Assembly (NCBI GenBank): GCA_023425865.1
Contig: JAFABV010000054.1
Span: 36,337-100,336, forward strand
DNA length: 64,000 nucleotides
Source: Bacteroidota bacterium
Lineage (GTDB): Bacteria > Bacteroidota > Bacteroidia > Bacteroidales > Bacteroidaceae
Reading direction: 5' to 3'
Below are positions 36,052 to 44,280 of the stretch, piece by piece. The notes beneath the pieces are model-generated. The model was given only the letters and a program-made list of their open reading frames with translations, did not search any database and had not been told where the DNA came from. A program made the translations under genes and the position numbers. The first letter of the stretch is position 1, and every line of letters starts with the position of its first letter.

Positions 36052-36635
36052 CCTCCGTGGCGCCTTGCCCAAGCCACCTTCTTGGCCACAGTTACCATCC
36101 CGCACGTCGCCCCATCTCCATGCCTACGCCCAACCGTTCGCACCCTACAGCCCGATGGTTCTATATGAAACCATCCGATGGTTCTATATGAAACCATTCG
36201 ATGGTTCTATATGAAACCATTCGATGGTTCTATATGAAACCATATCATCATTCTATATAGAATCATCCGATGACTTGGGGCTTCTCGTTTAGCCCGCCCA
36301 CCCTTGCCATAGGCGCGGAGGGCAGTTGAAACGGCAGCTTTGTGGCTCATAACTGCACCATTTAGCATGACTAACCCCATGGTTTACGATTGCTTAATGG
36401 GCGGTTTACGACAGACACCATACCTTACAGGTGAATTAATCTGGTACGGATTGGTGAGCTTGCCCAATATGCGTTTGCATGCGCGAGCCGCGATACCCAG
36501 AGCGGTGCCTGATGCCACTCATTCCACACCCACTGCTGCGCTGTTCGGCCGTGGCGTTGGCACCACCCTACCACAGCCTGCATGCTCACCCGAGGGCCAC
36601 TGTTTGCATACTCATTTTGTCCCGAACTCGCGTAT
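36052..36635 (+). mobile_element. MITE-like repeat element, copy C (left ~130 bp missing; ~190-bp extra segment 36368-36560; right inverted repeat intact)
   Basis: Colinear with copy A and with the reverse complement of copy B. The right end …CCACTGTTTGCATACTCATTTTGTCCCGAACTCGCGTA matches the terminal inverted repeat. Confidence 0.55.
36152..36266 (+). repeat. Tandem array, 5 x 23-bp units (four near-identical YCGATGGTTCTATATGAAACCAT + one ATTCTATATAGAAT variant)
   Basis: Directly read. The units have 6-bp inverted arms, ATGGTT-N8-AACCAT. Confidence 0.9.
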
Positions 36636-36678
36636 TGAGATGAAGTTTCTGTTTCTGTGTCAATGAGTATAGCGTTCT

Positions 36679-38382
36679 TCATGAAGCGTCTTTCCTGAGT
36701 ATGGCAAGCAGCCGCGCCCAGTCTTCCTTGTCACGCACGGCTTGTTGTAGGGGCACTGCCTCATTGTGGTCGTTGAGATAGAGCGGCGTGGGTTCCCGGT
36801 AATGTTCATTGGCCAATGAGGCATCACCGCGACAGAGGCGGCTGCGTATGCCAGCCATGTCGGTGAGTGTATGAAACACCGATAGGCTCGTGGCCACCGC
36901 CTTGTGGCGATGCCGCCACAGGGCCGCTGTCTGCGCTTGATGTCTTTCCTTATAGTAAGGTGACGTCCAAACCAATAACGGCACATAGACTTCGTGAGAC
37001 GAGGGGGTGGGGCTGGCGTGGAGGAAAAGGTGTCGTTTGTCGTCAAAAATATTCTCGCCGTGGTCTGAGGTGTAGAGCATGGCAGAGGTGGAGCCTGTTG
37101 CCCGCAGGCGCTCAATCACCTCGCTGAGCAACCAGTCGGTGTAACGTATCGAGTTGTCGTAGGCATTGACCAGCGGTACCCTGTTTTCGGCCCGTGCGTC
37201 CACGGCCTCGTCGGGTTTGAAGTGTGCCATCCGTTTCGGATAGCGCATGTCGTATTCAAAGTGCGAGCCGTAGGTATGCAGCACAATGAGTTCCTTTGTG
37301 CGTCTCTGCGCCAATACCTTATCTAATAGTGGCAATAGGTCGCCGTCGGCTTTGTCGGCCATATCGTTTCCGTTCGCTGCGGTTTTGACAAAGACGCTTC
37401 TGTCGGCCTCTTGCCCCAAGAAGTCGATGAAGGAGTGGTTGGGCATTTGGTTGGAGATGAACACTGTGTGGAATCCGGCTTCCCTGAAGGCCGTGATGAT
37501 ACCTTTCTGGTGGTAGAGGCTGTCATAGTCTTGCGCCGACACCGCCGATAGCAGCATTGGCACACTCTTGTGGGTGGTGTTCGACTGGCTGAAGGCCTTG
37601 TCGAAGGCGATGAGACCGTCGAGCCGCATGAGAAGCGGGGTGGTGGGGCGCTGATAGCCGTAGAGCTGAAAGTTTTCTGCCCGTGCCGTCTCGCCTATCA
37701 CTAACACATAGACCTCGCGTTCGTGGGCGTCGTGCGTCGAGGTCGCGCCGAAAGTGAATCGGGCGGAGGTCTGGGCATAATGGGCCGAGGCCTCTACACG
37801 GCTCACGGCCAGCCTGATGTTATGAAAGACGTTGAGAGGATAGAGCTCATCGGTGGCGTTCTTGTAGGTGCCTCGCCATAGCCATGCGGCGAGTCCCACG
37901 AGCAGCAGCGCACCACTGACGGTTCTGAGCTTGGCGGTGTGCTGTGCCGATAGACGGGTGTGTTGCCTGATGCCAACGATGGCGAGCGTCAGCAGCGGCA
38001 CGTAGGCTACCACTACAAACACGATACTCGGCATGATTTTGTCGAGCAGCTCGGTGGCCTCACCCACATTGGTGGTCACCAGGTTGACAAACATGTCTAC
38101 CGCAATGACCGAACGGCCGAAGAGGTAGAGCAGTACCATCTGGAAGGCAGACAGAAAGATGAGCGGAAACAGCCACCACGTCATGACTGCCGGACGGCGG
38201 CGGAGGGTGAGCGTCAAGGCATAGAGGGGCAACGGCACCAGCAGGTTGGCCATGCGCGCCCACGGTGAGAGGGGCTCGGTGATGCTCAGGCAGATATTGG
38301 GCAAGGCAAGAATGAGCCATGCCCAGATGAATAGCGTTGCCGGTGCAGTGAAGTTATGGAGTATAAACGTTTTGAGTTTCAT
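36679..38382 (-). CDS. Phosphoethanolamine-transferase-like membrane protein (N-terminal TM bundle + sulfatase/alkaline-phosphatase-superfamily domain)
   Basis: 567-aa ORF. About 5 N-terminal TM helices, then YVLVIGETARAENFQLYGYQRPTTP and …SDHGE…, as in the EptA/OpgE-type family. The substrate is unknown. Confidence 0.75.
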   Translation of the reverse strand: MKLKTFILHNFTAPATLFIWAWLILALPNICLSITEPLSPWARMANLLVPLPLYALTLTLRRRPAVMTWWLFPLIFLSAFQMVLLYLFGRSVIAVDMFVNLVTTNVGEATELLDKIMPSIVFVVVAYVPLLTLAIVGIRQHTRLSAQHTAKLRTVSGALLLVGLAAWLWRGTYKNATDELYPLNVFHNIRLAVSRVEASAHYAQTSARFTFGATSTHDAHEREVYVLVIGETARAENFQLYGYQRPTTPLLMRLDGLIAFDKAFSQSNTTHKSVPMLLSAVSAQDYDSLYHQKGIITAFREAGFHTVFISNQMPNHSFIDFLGQEADRSVFVKTAANGNDMADKADGDLLPLLDKVLAQRRTKELIVLHTYGSHFEYDMRYPKRMAHFKPDEAVDARAENRVPLVNAYDNSIRYTDWLLSEVIERLRATGSTSAMLYTSDHGENIFDDKRHLFLHASPTPSSHEVYVPLLVWTSPYYKERHQAQTAALWRHRHKAVATSLSVFHTLTDMAGIRSRLCRGDASLANEHYREPTPLYLNDHNEAVPLQQAVRDKEDWARLLAILRKDAS

Positions 38383-38447
38383 GTATCTGACAAGTGTTTG
38401 TAATGGCCTTTACGCCAGGCTTGTGCCACCGCTGCGTGGCACGGCGG

Positions 38448-39677
38448 TCAGAATGCCTCCTCTATATTGAAGATGAAGCCCGACTGTCCGCTCTTGCCAA
38501 AGCCATAGTCTATCCTGATGTTGACATTCTTCTTAAACTCCCATCGGTAGCCAATGCCGTAGTTGGGCAGAACCTTCTTCAGGCGCAATTCGCCGAACTC
38601 CGGAAACACCGTACCTGCTCCTACCCATGCCACCACCCCGTTTCGGCGGTAAATGTGTTGCCTGAGTTCCACCTGCGTCTCAAGTTTATTGCGGTCACGG
38701 TATCGGCCGTAATAATATCCCCGCATACTGTGTGTGGTACCCAGCATGGCGAGGTCGTTCCACGACAGTCGGCCCATTTGCAATACGCCCGACAGCTGTG
38801 CGGCGACGGTGGCGCCACGCCATGCGGGCAGGTAGCCGTTCATCACAAAATTGGTGGTGGTAAACCAGTGCCTCCGGTTGAAGAGTTGCTTGCGCACGGT
38901 CTGGGTGAGCGACAGATACATGCCTCGGTGGGGTGCGGTCATCACGTCGCGCGTGTCGTATTCGGCCATCAGGCCCGCCCCAATGTCAGAGGCACTGGCA
39001 TAGAGGTTGTCTACGAGCCCCGGGCGAGTCACGTTGCGGGTCGTCATCCAATTGTAGGCTACGGTAGGACCTACATAGAACCCCTTGTTCAGTCTGAAGA
39101 GAAAGCTGGTGCTGACCTGCACGTCAAGGCGGTCCATCTTGCTCTCGTTGTCATCGTCGTTGCCCATGTCATACCCGGTGCCCCAGAAGTTGGTGGGTGA
39201 GAAACTGAAGGAGACGTCGTACACCCAGCGGTAGCGCTGCTGGGGCAGGATGTGTACGCCACGCAGTCCTATCATGTAGAAGCCCGCGGTGGAGAGGTCG
39301 GCATAGAGCGACAGGTTAGACGGCGGCATGAGCGTGTCGTGGGGAGTGGTGTAGTACAGTCCGGCCGCCACGAGCCCCAGTCCGAGCTTGGTATTGTTGC
39401 TGTAGTGCGGTCCGCCGATGATGCCGAAGTCAAATTTCTCACGGTCTTTGCCCTGATTCGACTCGGCGAAATAGTCGGTGATGCGCTTGATGAGTCCCTT
39501 GCGGGCCGGCATCATACTGTCATTGGCGTTGACGTTCCCCATGGTGTCGGCAGGCTCTCCCGTCGTGTTTTGTCCATGGGCCACGACCGATGACCACAGC
39601 AGCAATAAGGCTACGATGCTGATGACCCGCCGGATGGGTAGACGTTCGGTAGCTGACTTAGAACACAAGACTGACAT
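38448..39677 (-). CDS. Outer-membrane beta-barrel protein, bacterial surface antigen (D15/Omp85)-like, no POTRA domains evident
   Basis: 409-aa ORF with signal peptide, alternating beta-strand pattern, and C-terminus …GFIFNIEEAF (terminal Phe). Confidence 0.7.
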   Translation of the reverse strand: MSVLCSKSATERLPIRRVISIVALLLLWSSVVAHGQNTTGEPADTMGNVNANDSMMPARKGLIKRITDYFAESNQGKDREKFDFGIIGGPHYSNNTKLGLGLVAAGLYYTTPHDTLMPPSNLSLYADLSTAGFYMIGLRGVHILPQQRYRWVYDVSFSFSPTNFWGTGYDMGNDDDNESKMDRLDVQVSTSFLFRLNKGFYVGPTVAYNWMTTRNVTRPGLVDNLYASASDIGAGLMAEYDTRDVMTAPHRGMYLSLTQTVRKQLFNRRHWFTTTNFVMNGYLPAWRGATVAAQLSGVLQMGRLSWNDLAMLGTTHSMRGYYYGRYRDRNKLETQVELRQHIYRRNGVVAWVGAGTVFPEFGELRLKKVLPNYGIGYRWEFKKNVNIRIDYGFGKSGQSGFIFNIEEAF

Positions 39678-40614
39678 TATCTATCCAGAAGGTGTTGCCC
39701 GGAGAGCCCACGAAGGCACCGCCGTTGCTGGATGAGAACTGTATGATGAGATGGGTCGGCGTCTCATCCTTGTCCGCCCATCCTGTTTCTTTGAGCAATA
39801 CTTGCTTGCCTTTGCTGTTGCGCACATAGTCTACATTGCGCAGGCCCATGCTTTGGGCGTTGTATCCGAGTCGGTGGCGTATGTCGCCATACCATATCGG
39901 GTAAGTGGCATTCTCCACCCAGCCATTGGTGTTCCTGTCATATTCTATCACGATGGTGCCGATGCGCTGGGCCGTCACATTTCCTTTGCTGTCTTCGGTT
40001 CTCTTCTGTAAGAGCAGCAGGGCCACGGGTTTGTCTTTGCCGGCCACCGGTGTGGCCTTTCCTCCCGACTGCCGTATGCGGTTGGCTTGTCCCGACAGAT
40101 GCACCTTATAGTCGAAGCGCAGCGCTGTGGGGCGCTTGGTGTAAGGTATGCCCCAATTGAGGCTCCTCTCGCCATCCTTGCTGCCCGATACAGGCTCGGT
40201 GATGTCGCCGAGGTAGATGGACCCCGCCGCCAAGACGTTGATGTTGACCAGTCCGAGCACTTTTACACGCTCCACGTGTGTCATCATCTTTGCGCTGTGG
40301 CCACTGCCATGGGTGTCGCGGAAGACCGACGCGCTGCCTTTGACCACACCCATCACCTTGGCCAGCACGTTAGACGTGCCCCATGGCGAGTGCCCCATAT
40401 TCTTATAAGGATTGTTGCCATCAATGGTTTTCGACGGCCCAATCTCATAGAGCGTCTTGTTGTTTCCGCCAATGACGGCCGATTCATGGATATTACGCAC
40501 TACCCAGTTTTCCATGTTACCATACAAAATAGGCTCTTCGTGTGTTTGTGCCAAGCCCTCTGATACCACCAGAACGTTTAGCAATGCTCCTAAAAGTACG
40601 TACTCTTTTCTCAT
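39658..40614 (-). CDS. Secreted PCMD-like (putative carbohydrate metabolism domain) protein
   Basis: 318-aa ORF with signal peptide. The N-terminal pattern …YGNMENWV…LYEIGP…PWGTSN… recalls the Bacteroidales PCMD family. It overlaps the downstream barrel gene by 20 nt. The family assignment is tentative. Confidence 0.55.
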   Translation of the reverse strand: MRKEYVLLGALLNVLVVSEGLAQTHEEPILYGNMENWVVRNIHESAVIGGNNKTLYEIGPSKTIDGNNPYKNMGHSPWGTSNVLAKVMGVVKGSASVFRDTHGSGHSAKMMTHVERVKVLGLVNINVLAAGSIYLGDITEPVSGSKDGERSLNWGIPYTKRPTALRFDYKVHLSGQANRIRQSGGKATPVAGKDKPVALLLLQKRTEDSKGNVTAQRIGTIVIEYDRNTNGWVENATYPIWYGDIRHRLGYNAQSMGLRNVDYVRNSKGKQVLLKETGWADKDETPTHLIIQFSSSNGGAFVGSPGNTFWIDNVSLVF

Positions 40615-40855
40615 AGTTTTTCTATCTTGTCATTCAGTCAACGTCAGGCCTTATTCTTCACGAAGGAGCTTGGCGTCGGCAATCAGGTTTTGTGTCAGCG
40701 TGCAATTATCGCTAAAAAACCTGAGATGGCAAAATGTTTTCCCCTAAAAATAACAAACAGGCATCCGCGTGAGGAGCAATAGGACATATATTTCGGATAT
40801 GGAACATCCGTCTGTTCTTCCCTCCTTCACCTGATTGATATCATCGTCTTTCCTC

Positions 40856-41911
40856 TCAGTCTTTTTTCCGGTAGCTGTCGGGATAGGTGGTTCGTTGCAG
40901 TATTTCGCCGCCACGCAGGTGCAGGTAGGTGTCAAACGCGCGTTGGTCTTCCTTCATGATGATGACGCGCGCCCCATTGGGCTTCAGGTGGTTGTAGACA
41001 TTGTTGCCTCCCGAGTACCTGCCGTAGCCTAACAGGATGTCATGCCACACGGTGGTGTAGTCGTTGTCATGGTCGTGACCTACAAACATCCCCATGACGT
41101 TGCCGGCCTCCTTCATGGCCAAGAACAGTCCGCTGTTGTACTCGGGCGGGCACTCACGCTCCATGCGGGTGCCGTTGCGGATGTTGTCGGGGGCGATGGC
41201 GGCCAGCGCGTATTCAGGCAGGGGAATGTGCTGGAAAAGCAGGGCGGGCAGCGCCTTGCCGCCATTGCCGCGCTTCAGCGAGTCGCTCACCTGTCTGAAC
41301 CAAGCCACCTGTTCAAAGTGTACCCAGTCGTAAGTGCCCATTCCCTTCTCGGCGGGGTAGCTGTTACTGTCAAGACAATAGATGTAGGCGGCGTCACGGC
41401 TACCGTCGTGCGACGCGATGGGCAGCACGTAGTCGGGCGAGCGGCGCTGCCCGCGGTCGGGCATGACGTTATAAGGCACTTGCCTGATTTGGTCGTAGTA
41501 GGCCTCGTGCGACGCGCCGCCGTCGGCGCAGTCATGGTTGCCAAAGAGTATGGCGAAGGGAATGCCGAACTGGCTGATGTGGTCTGTCACGCGCCGCATG
41601 CCGGGGAGCCCGGGCTTGCCCCAAATGTTGTCACCCGTACAGATTATCAGGTCGGGCTTTTCGCTCTGTATCAACTCGTCGATACATTGCAGTGCCACGT
41701 CGGACTTGGGGTCATCGTAGATGTAGTGCAGGTCGGTGAACTGCAGAATCTTGAACTCGCCATTCGCCCTGAATTGCAGGTTTTGCGTGGCCCATGCGGT
41801 TTGGCTGATGATGCTCAGACAAACCAAGACAGCCAGTTGCCTCATCCTTACTGCCCCGAAGACACGGTGCGTGATGATGGCCAACTGGCTGATGCGTGAA
41901 GTTTTTTTCAT
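40856..41911 (-). CDS. Calcineurin-like metallophosphoesterase, secreted
   Basis: Motifs FTDLHY, CTGDNIW, GNHD and GHDHDND. The start is uncertain (ATG 41911 MKKTS…, or 41845 MRQLAVLVCLSIISQTAWA; the track ORF begins at 41974). Confidence 0.8.
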   Translation of the reverse strand: MKKTSRISQLAIITHRVFGAVRMRQLAVLVCLSIISQTAWATQNLQFRANGEFKILQFTDLHYIYDDPKSDVALQCIDELIQSEKPDLIICTGDNIWGKPGLPGMRRVTDHISQFGIPFAILFGNHDCADGGASHEAYYDQIRQVPYNVMPDRGQRRSPDYVLPIASHDGSRDAAYIYCLDSNSYPAEKGMGTYDWVHFEQVAWFRQVSDSLKRGNGGKALPALLFQHIPLPEYALAAIAPDNIRNGTRMERECPPEYNSGLFLAMKEAGNVMGMFVGHDHDNDYTTVWHDILLGYGRYSGGNNVYNHLKPNGARVIIMKEDQRAFDTYLHLRGGEILQRTTYPDSYRKKD

Positions 41912-41988
41912 GAGGTTACTGTTGTATTGTGCCACCCATTGGTGGCTTCCGCCCACCGGTGTGGGCGGCAGCACCTCATGAGTGGGGA

Positions 41989-44265
41989 TTACTGCAGTGT
42001 AAACGCCTTTTTCAGCGTAATATTGTCTGAGGCATTACCTATAAGTGCCTCAAAGCGTCCCGGCTCAGCCTTCCAGCTGTGGGTGGTCTCGTCGTAGAAG
42101 CTCAGGGCGTCGCGTCCGATGGTGATGGTCACGTCGCGCTGCTCTCCGGGTTGCAGGTTTACCTTGTTGAAGCCTTTCAGTTCCTTGTACGGGCGGTCTA
42201 CCGATGCCTTCTGGTCGCGAATGTAGAGCTGCACCACCTCGCTGCCGGCGAGCGAGCCCGTGTTGGTCACGGTCACGGTGGCCTTCAGGCTGTCGTTGAC
42301 TGTCATCGTGTTCTTGTCAAGACGCAGGTTCGAGATGCTGAAGGTGGTGTAACTCAGGCCATGACCAAAGGCGAACAGAGGCTTGGTCTTCATCTTGTCT
42401 ACCCACCGGTAGCCCACGTAGATGCCTTCCTTGTATTCCTGGTCGATGATTTTCTTGTCGGCGCGCCAGGTACCTGGGTAGGTTTTCAGGGCATGCGCCC
42501 CCACGTCGTTGAGGCTGGCAGGCCAGGTAAAGGGCAGTTTGCCCGAGGGGTTTACGTCGCCAGAGAGTACGGCGGCCAGGGCGATACCTGCCTCCGAGCC
42601 GATAAACCATCCCTGTACGATGGCGGGCACGCGGTCTTTCCATGGCATGGCCACGGCGTTGCCCGAGATATTGACAAACACGGTCTGGGCGTTGGCCTTG
42701 GCCAGTGCCTCTACGAGGGCGTCCTGTCCGTAGGGCAGACCGTACTCCTTGCGGTCATGTCCTTCGCAGTCCTGGTAGTCGCTCTTGTTGAGTCCGCCAA
42801 ACACAATGACGTAGTCGGCCTCACGGGCCTTGCTCACGGCATCGTTGATGAGCTGCTGGGCAGAGCGCGACTCGGAGAGGTCCTGACCGGTGGTCACGCC
42901 GTTGTAGGCTCCGTTCACGTCGCCCACATAACCACGCTCGTAGGTCACGTCGGCCACGCCGGCCAAGCGTGCCTTGAGGCCGTCGAAGGGAGAAATCTCA
43001 TGCTGCACCTTCAGCGACGAGGAGCCGCCGCCCACCGTCATCATCTTCAGCGCGTTTTCGCCCACTACGAGCACCTTGAGCTTTGCGCCGCGTGCCTTGG
43101 CCGTGTTGATGGGCAGCACATTGCCTTTGTTCTGCAGCAGCACGATGCCCTGCGTCGCAATCTCTTGCGCGGCCTCGTAGTGCTCTTCCGAACAGAGGAA
43201 TCCGCGGTTGGCGTGCGGGGCCATGGTGGTGCGGAAGTAGAGGCGCAATACGCGGCGTACCTTCTCGTTGAGTTCCTTGTCGGTGTATTTACCCTCCTGG
43301 ATGAGCTTCTTGTAGGGAGCGGCCAGATAGTAGTTGTCGTAGGCATTGGTGGCGCCCATCGTCAGACCGTCGGTCCAGGTGCCAAACTCCATGTCGAGGC
43401 CGTTGGTGATGGCCTGCTCGGTATCGTGGGTGCCGCCCCAGTCGCTCACCACCACGCCGTCAAACTGCCAGTCGCGCTTCAGCACCTGGTTGAGCAGGTA
43501 GTCGTTATGGCAGTTGTGCTGGTTGCGGTAGAGGTTGTATGCCCCCATCAGTCCCCACACCTTGCCTTTCTGCACGGCCGCCTTGAAGGCGGGCAGGTAG
43601 ATCTCGTGCAAGGCGCGCTCGCTCACCACCACGTTCACCTGGTGGCGGTATTCCTCATCGTTGTTCAGCGCATAGTGTTTCACGCAGGCGGCCACACCGT
43701 TCGACTGCAGGCCCTGGATGTAGGGCACCACCATCGTGGCAGCCAGCAACGGGTCTTCGCCCATATACTCAAAGTTGCGGCCGCCCAGCGGCGTGCGGTA
43801 GATGTTCACGCCGGGCCCCAGAATCATGTTCTTGCCGCGGTACAGCGCCTCCTCGCCAAGGCTCTTGCCGTAGATCCAGCTCATCTGCGGGTTCCAGGTG
43901 GCGGCTAAGCAGGTGAGGGCAGGGAAGGCCACGCACGAGTCGTTGGTCTGTCCGGCTTGCTCCCACTCGTCCCACAGCACGTCGGGGCGCACGCCGTGGG
44001 GACCGTCGTCGGTCCAGAAGTCGGGCAGTCCCAAGCGTTTCACGCCGGGGGCGGAAAACTTACTCTGCGCATGTATCACGGCAATCTTCTCGTCGAGGGT
44101 CATGCGTTGCAAGGCGTCTTCCACGCGTTGTTCAATACTCTTTGTCGCGTCAAGGTACACAGGCAAGGGTTTCTGTGCCTGACTTCCCTTGGTTGCAGCC
44201 GCCGCCGTCATACATCCGGCAAGGAGCAGGGCGGGAACCGCAAACTGTTTAAGCAATCGATTCAT
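41989..44265 (-). CDS. GH3 beta-glucosidase, lipoprotein
   Basis: 758-aa ORF, lipobox LLAGC. GH3 motifs …GPHGVR…, KHYALNN, and VVSDWGG (nucleophile Asp). Confidence 0.9.
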   Translation of the reverse strand: MNRLLKQFAVPALLLAGCMTAAAATKGSQAQKPLPVYLDATKSIEQRVEDALQRMTLDEKIAVIHAQSKFSAPGVKRLGLPDFWTDDGPHGVRPDVLWDEWEQAGQTNDSCVAFPALTCLAATWNPQMSWIYGKSLGEEALYRGKNMILGPGVNIYRTPLGGRNFEYMGEDPLLAATMVVPYIQGLQSNGVAACVKHYALNNDEEYRHQVNVVVSERALHEIYLPAFKAAVQKGKVWGLMGAYNLYRNQHNCHNDYLLNQVLKRDWQFDGVVVSDWGGTHDTEQAITNGLDMEFGTWTDGLTMGATNAYDNYYLAAPYKKLIQEGKYTDKELNEKVRRVLRLYFRTTMAPHANRGFLCSEEHYEAAQEIATQGIVLLQNKGNVLPINTAKARGAKLKVLVVGENALKMMTVGGGSSSLKVQHEISPFDGLKARLAGVADVTYERGYVGDVNGAYNGVTTGQDLSESRSAQQLINDAVSKAREADYVIVFGGLNKSDYQDCEGHDRKEYGLPYGQDALVEALAKANAQTVFVNISGNAVAMPWKDRVPAIVQGWFIGSEAGIALAAVLSGDVNPSGKLPFTWPASLNDVGAHALKTYPGTWRADKKIIDQEYKEGIYVGYRWVDKMKTKPLFAFGHGLSYTTFSISNLRLDKNTMTVNDSLKATVTVTNTGSLAGSEVVQLYIRDQKASVDRPYKELKGFNKVNLQPGEQRDVTITIGRDALSFYDETTHSWKAEPGRFEALIGNASDNITLKKAFTLQ

Positions 44266-44280
44266 AAATGTTAAAGAGGT

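Noticed and set aside
42079-43908. 609-aa ORF on the plus strand
   Set aside because: It lies entirely antisense to the GH3 gene, which has unmistakable family motifs. Its composition (G/A/V/L/H/R-rich, no recognisable domain) is typical of stop-poor antisense frames in GC-rich coding DNA.
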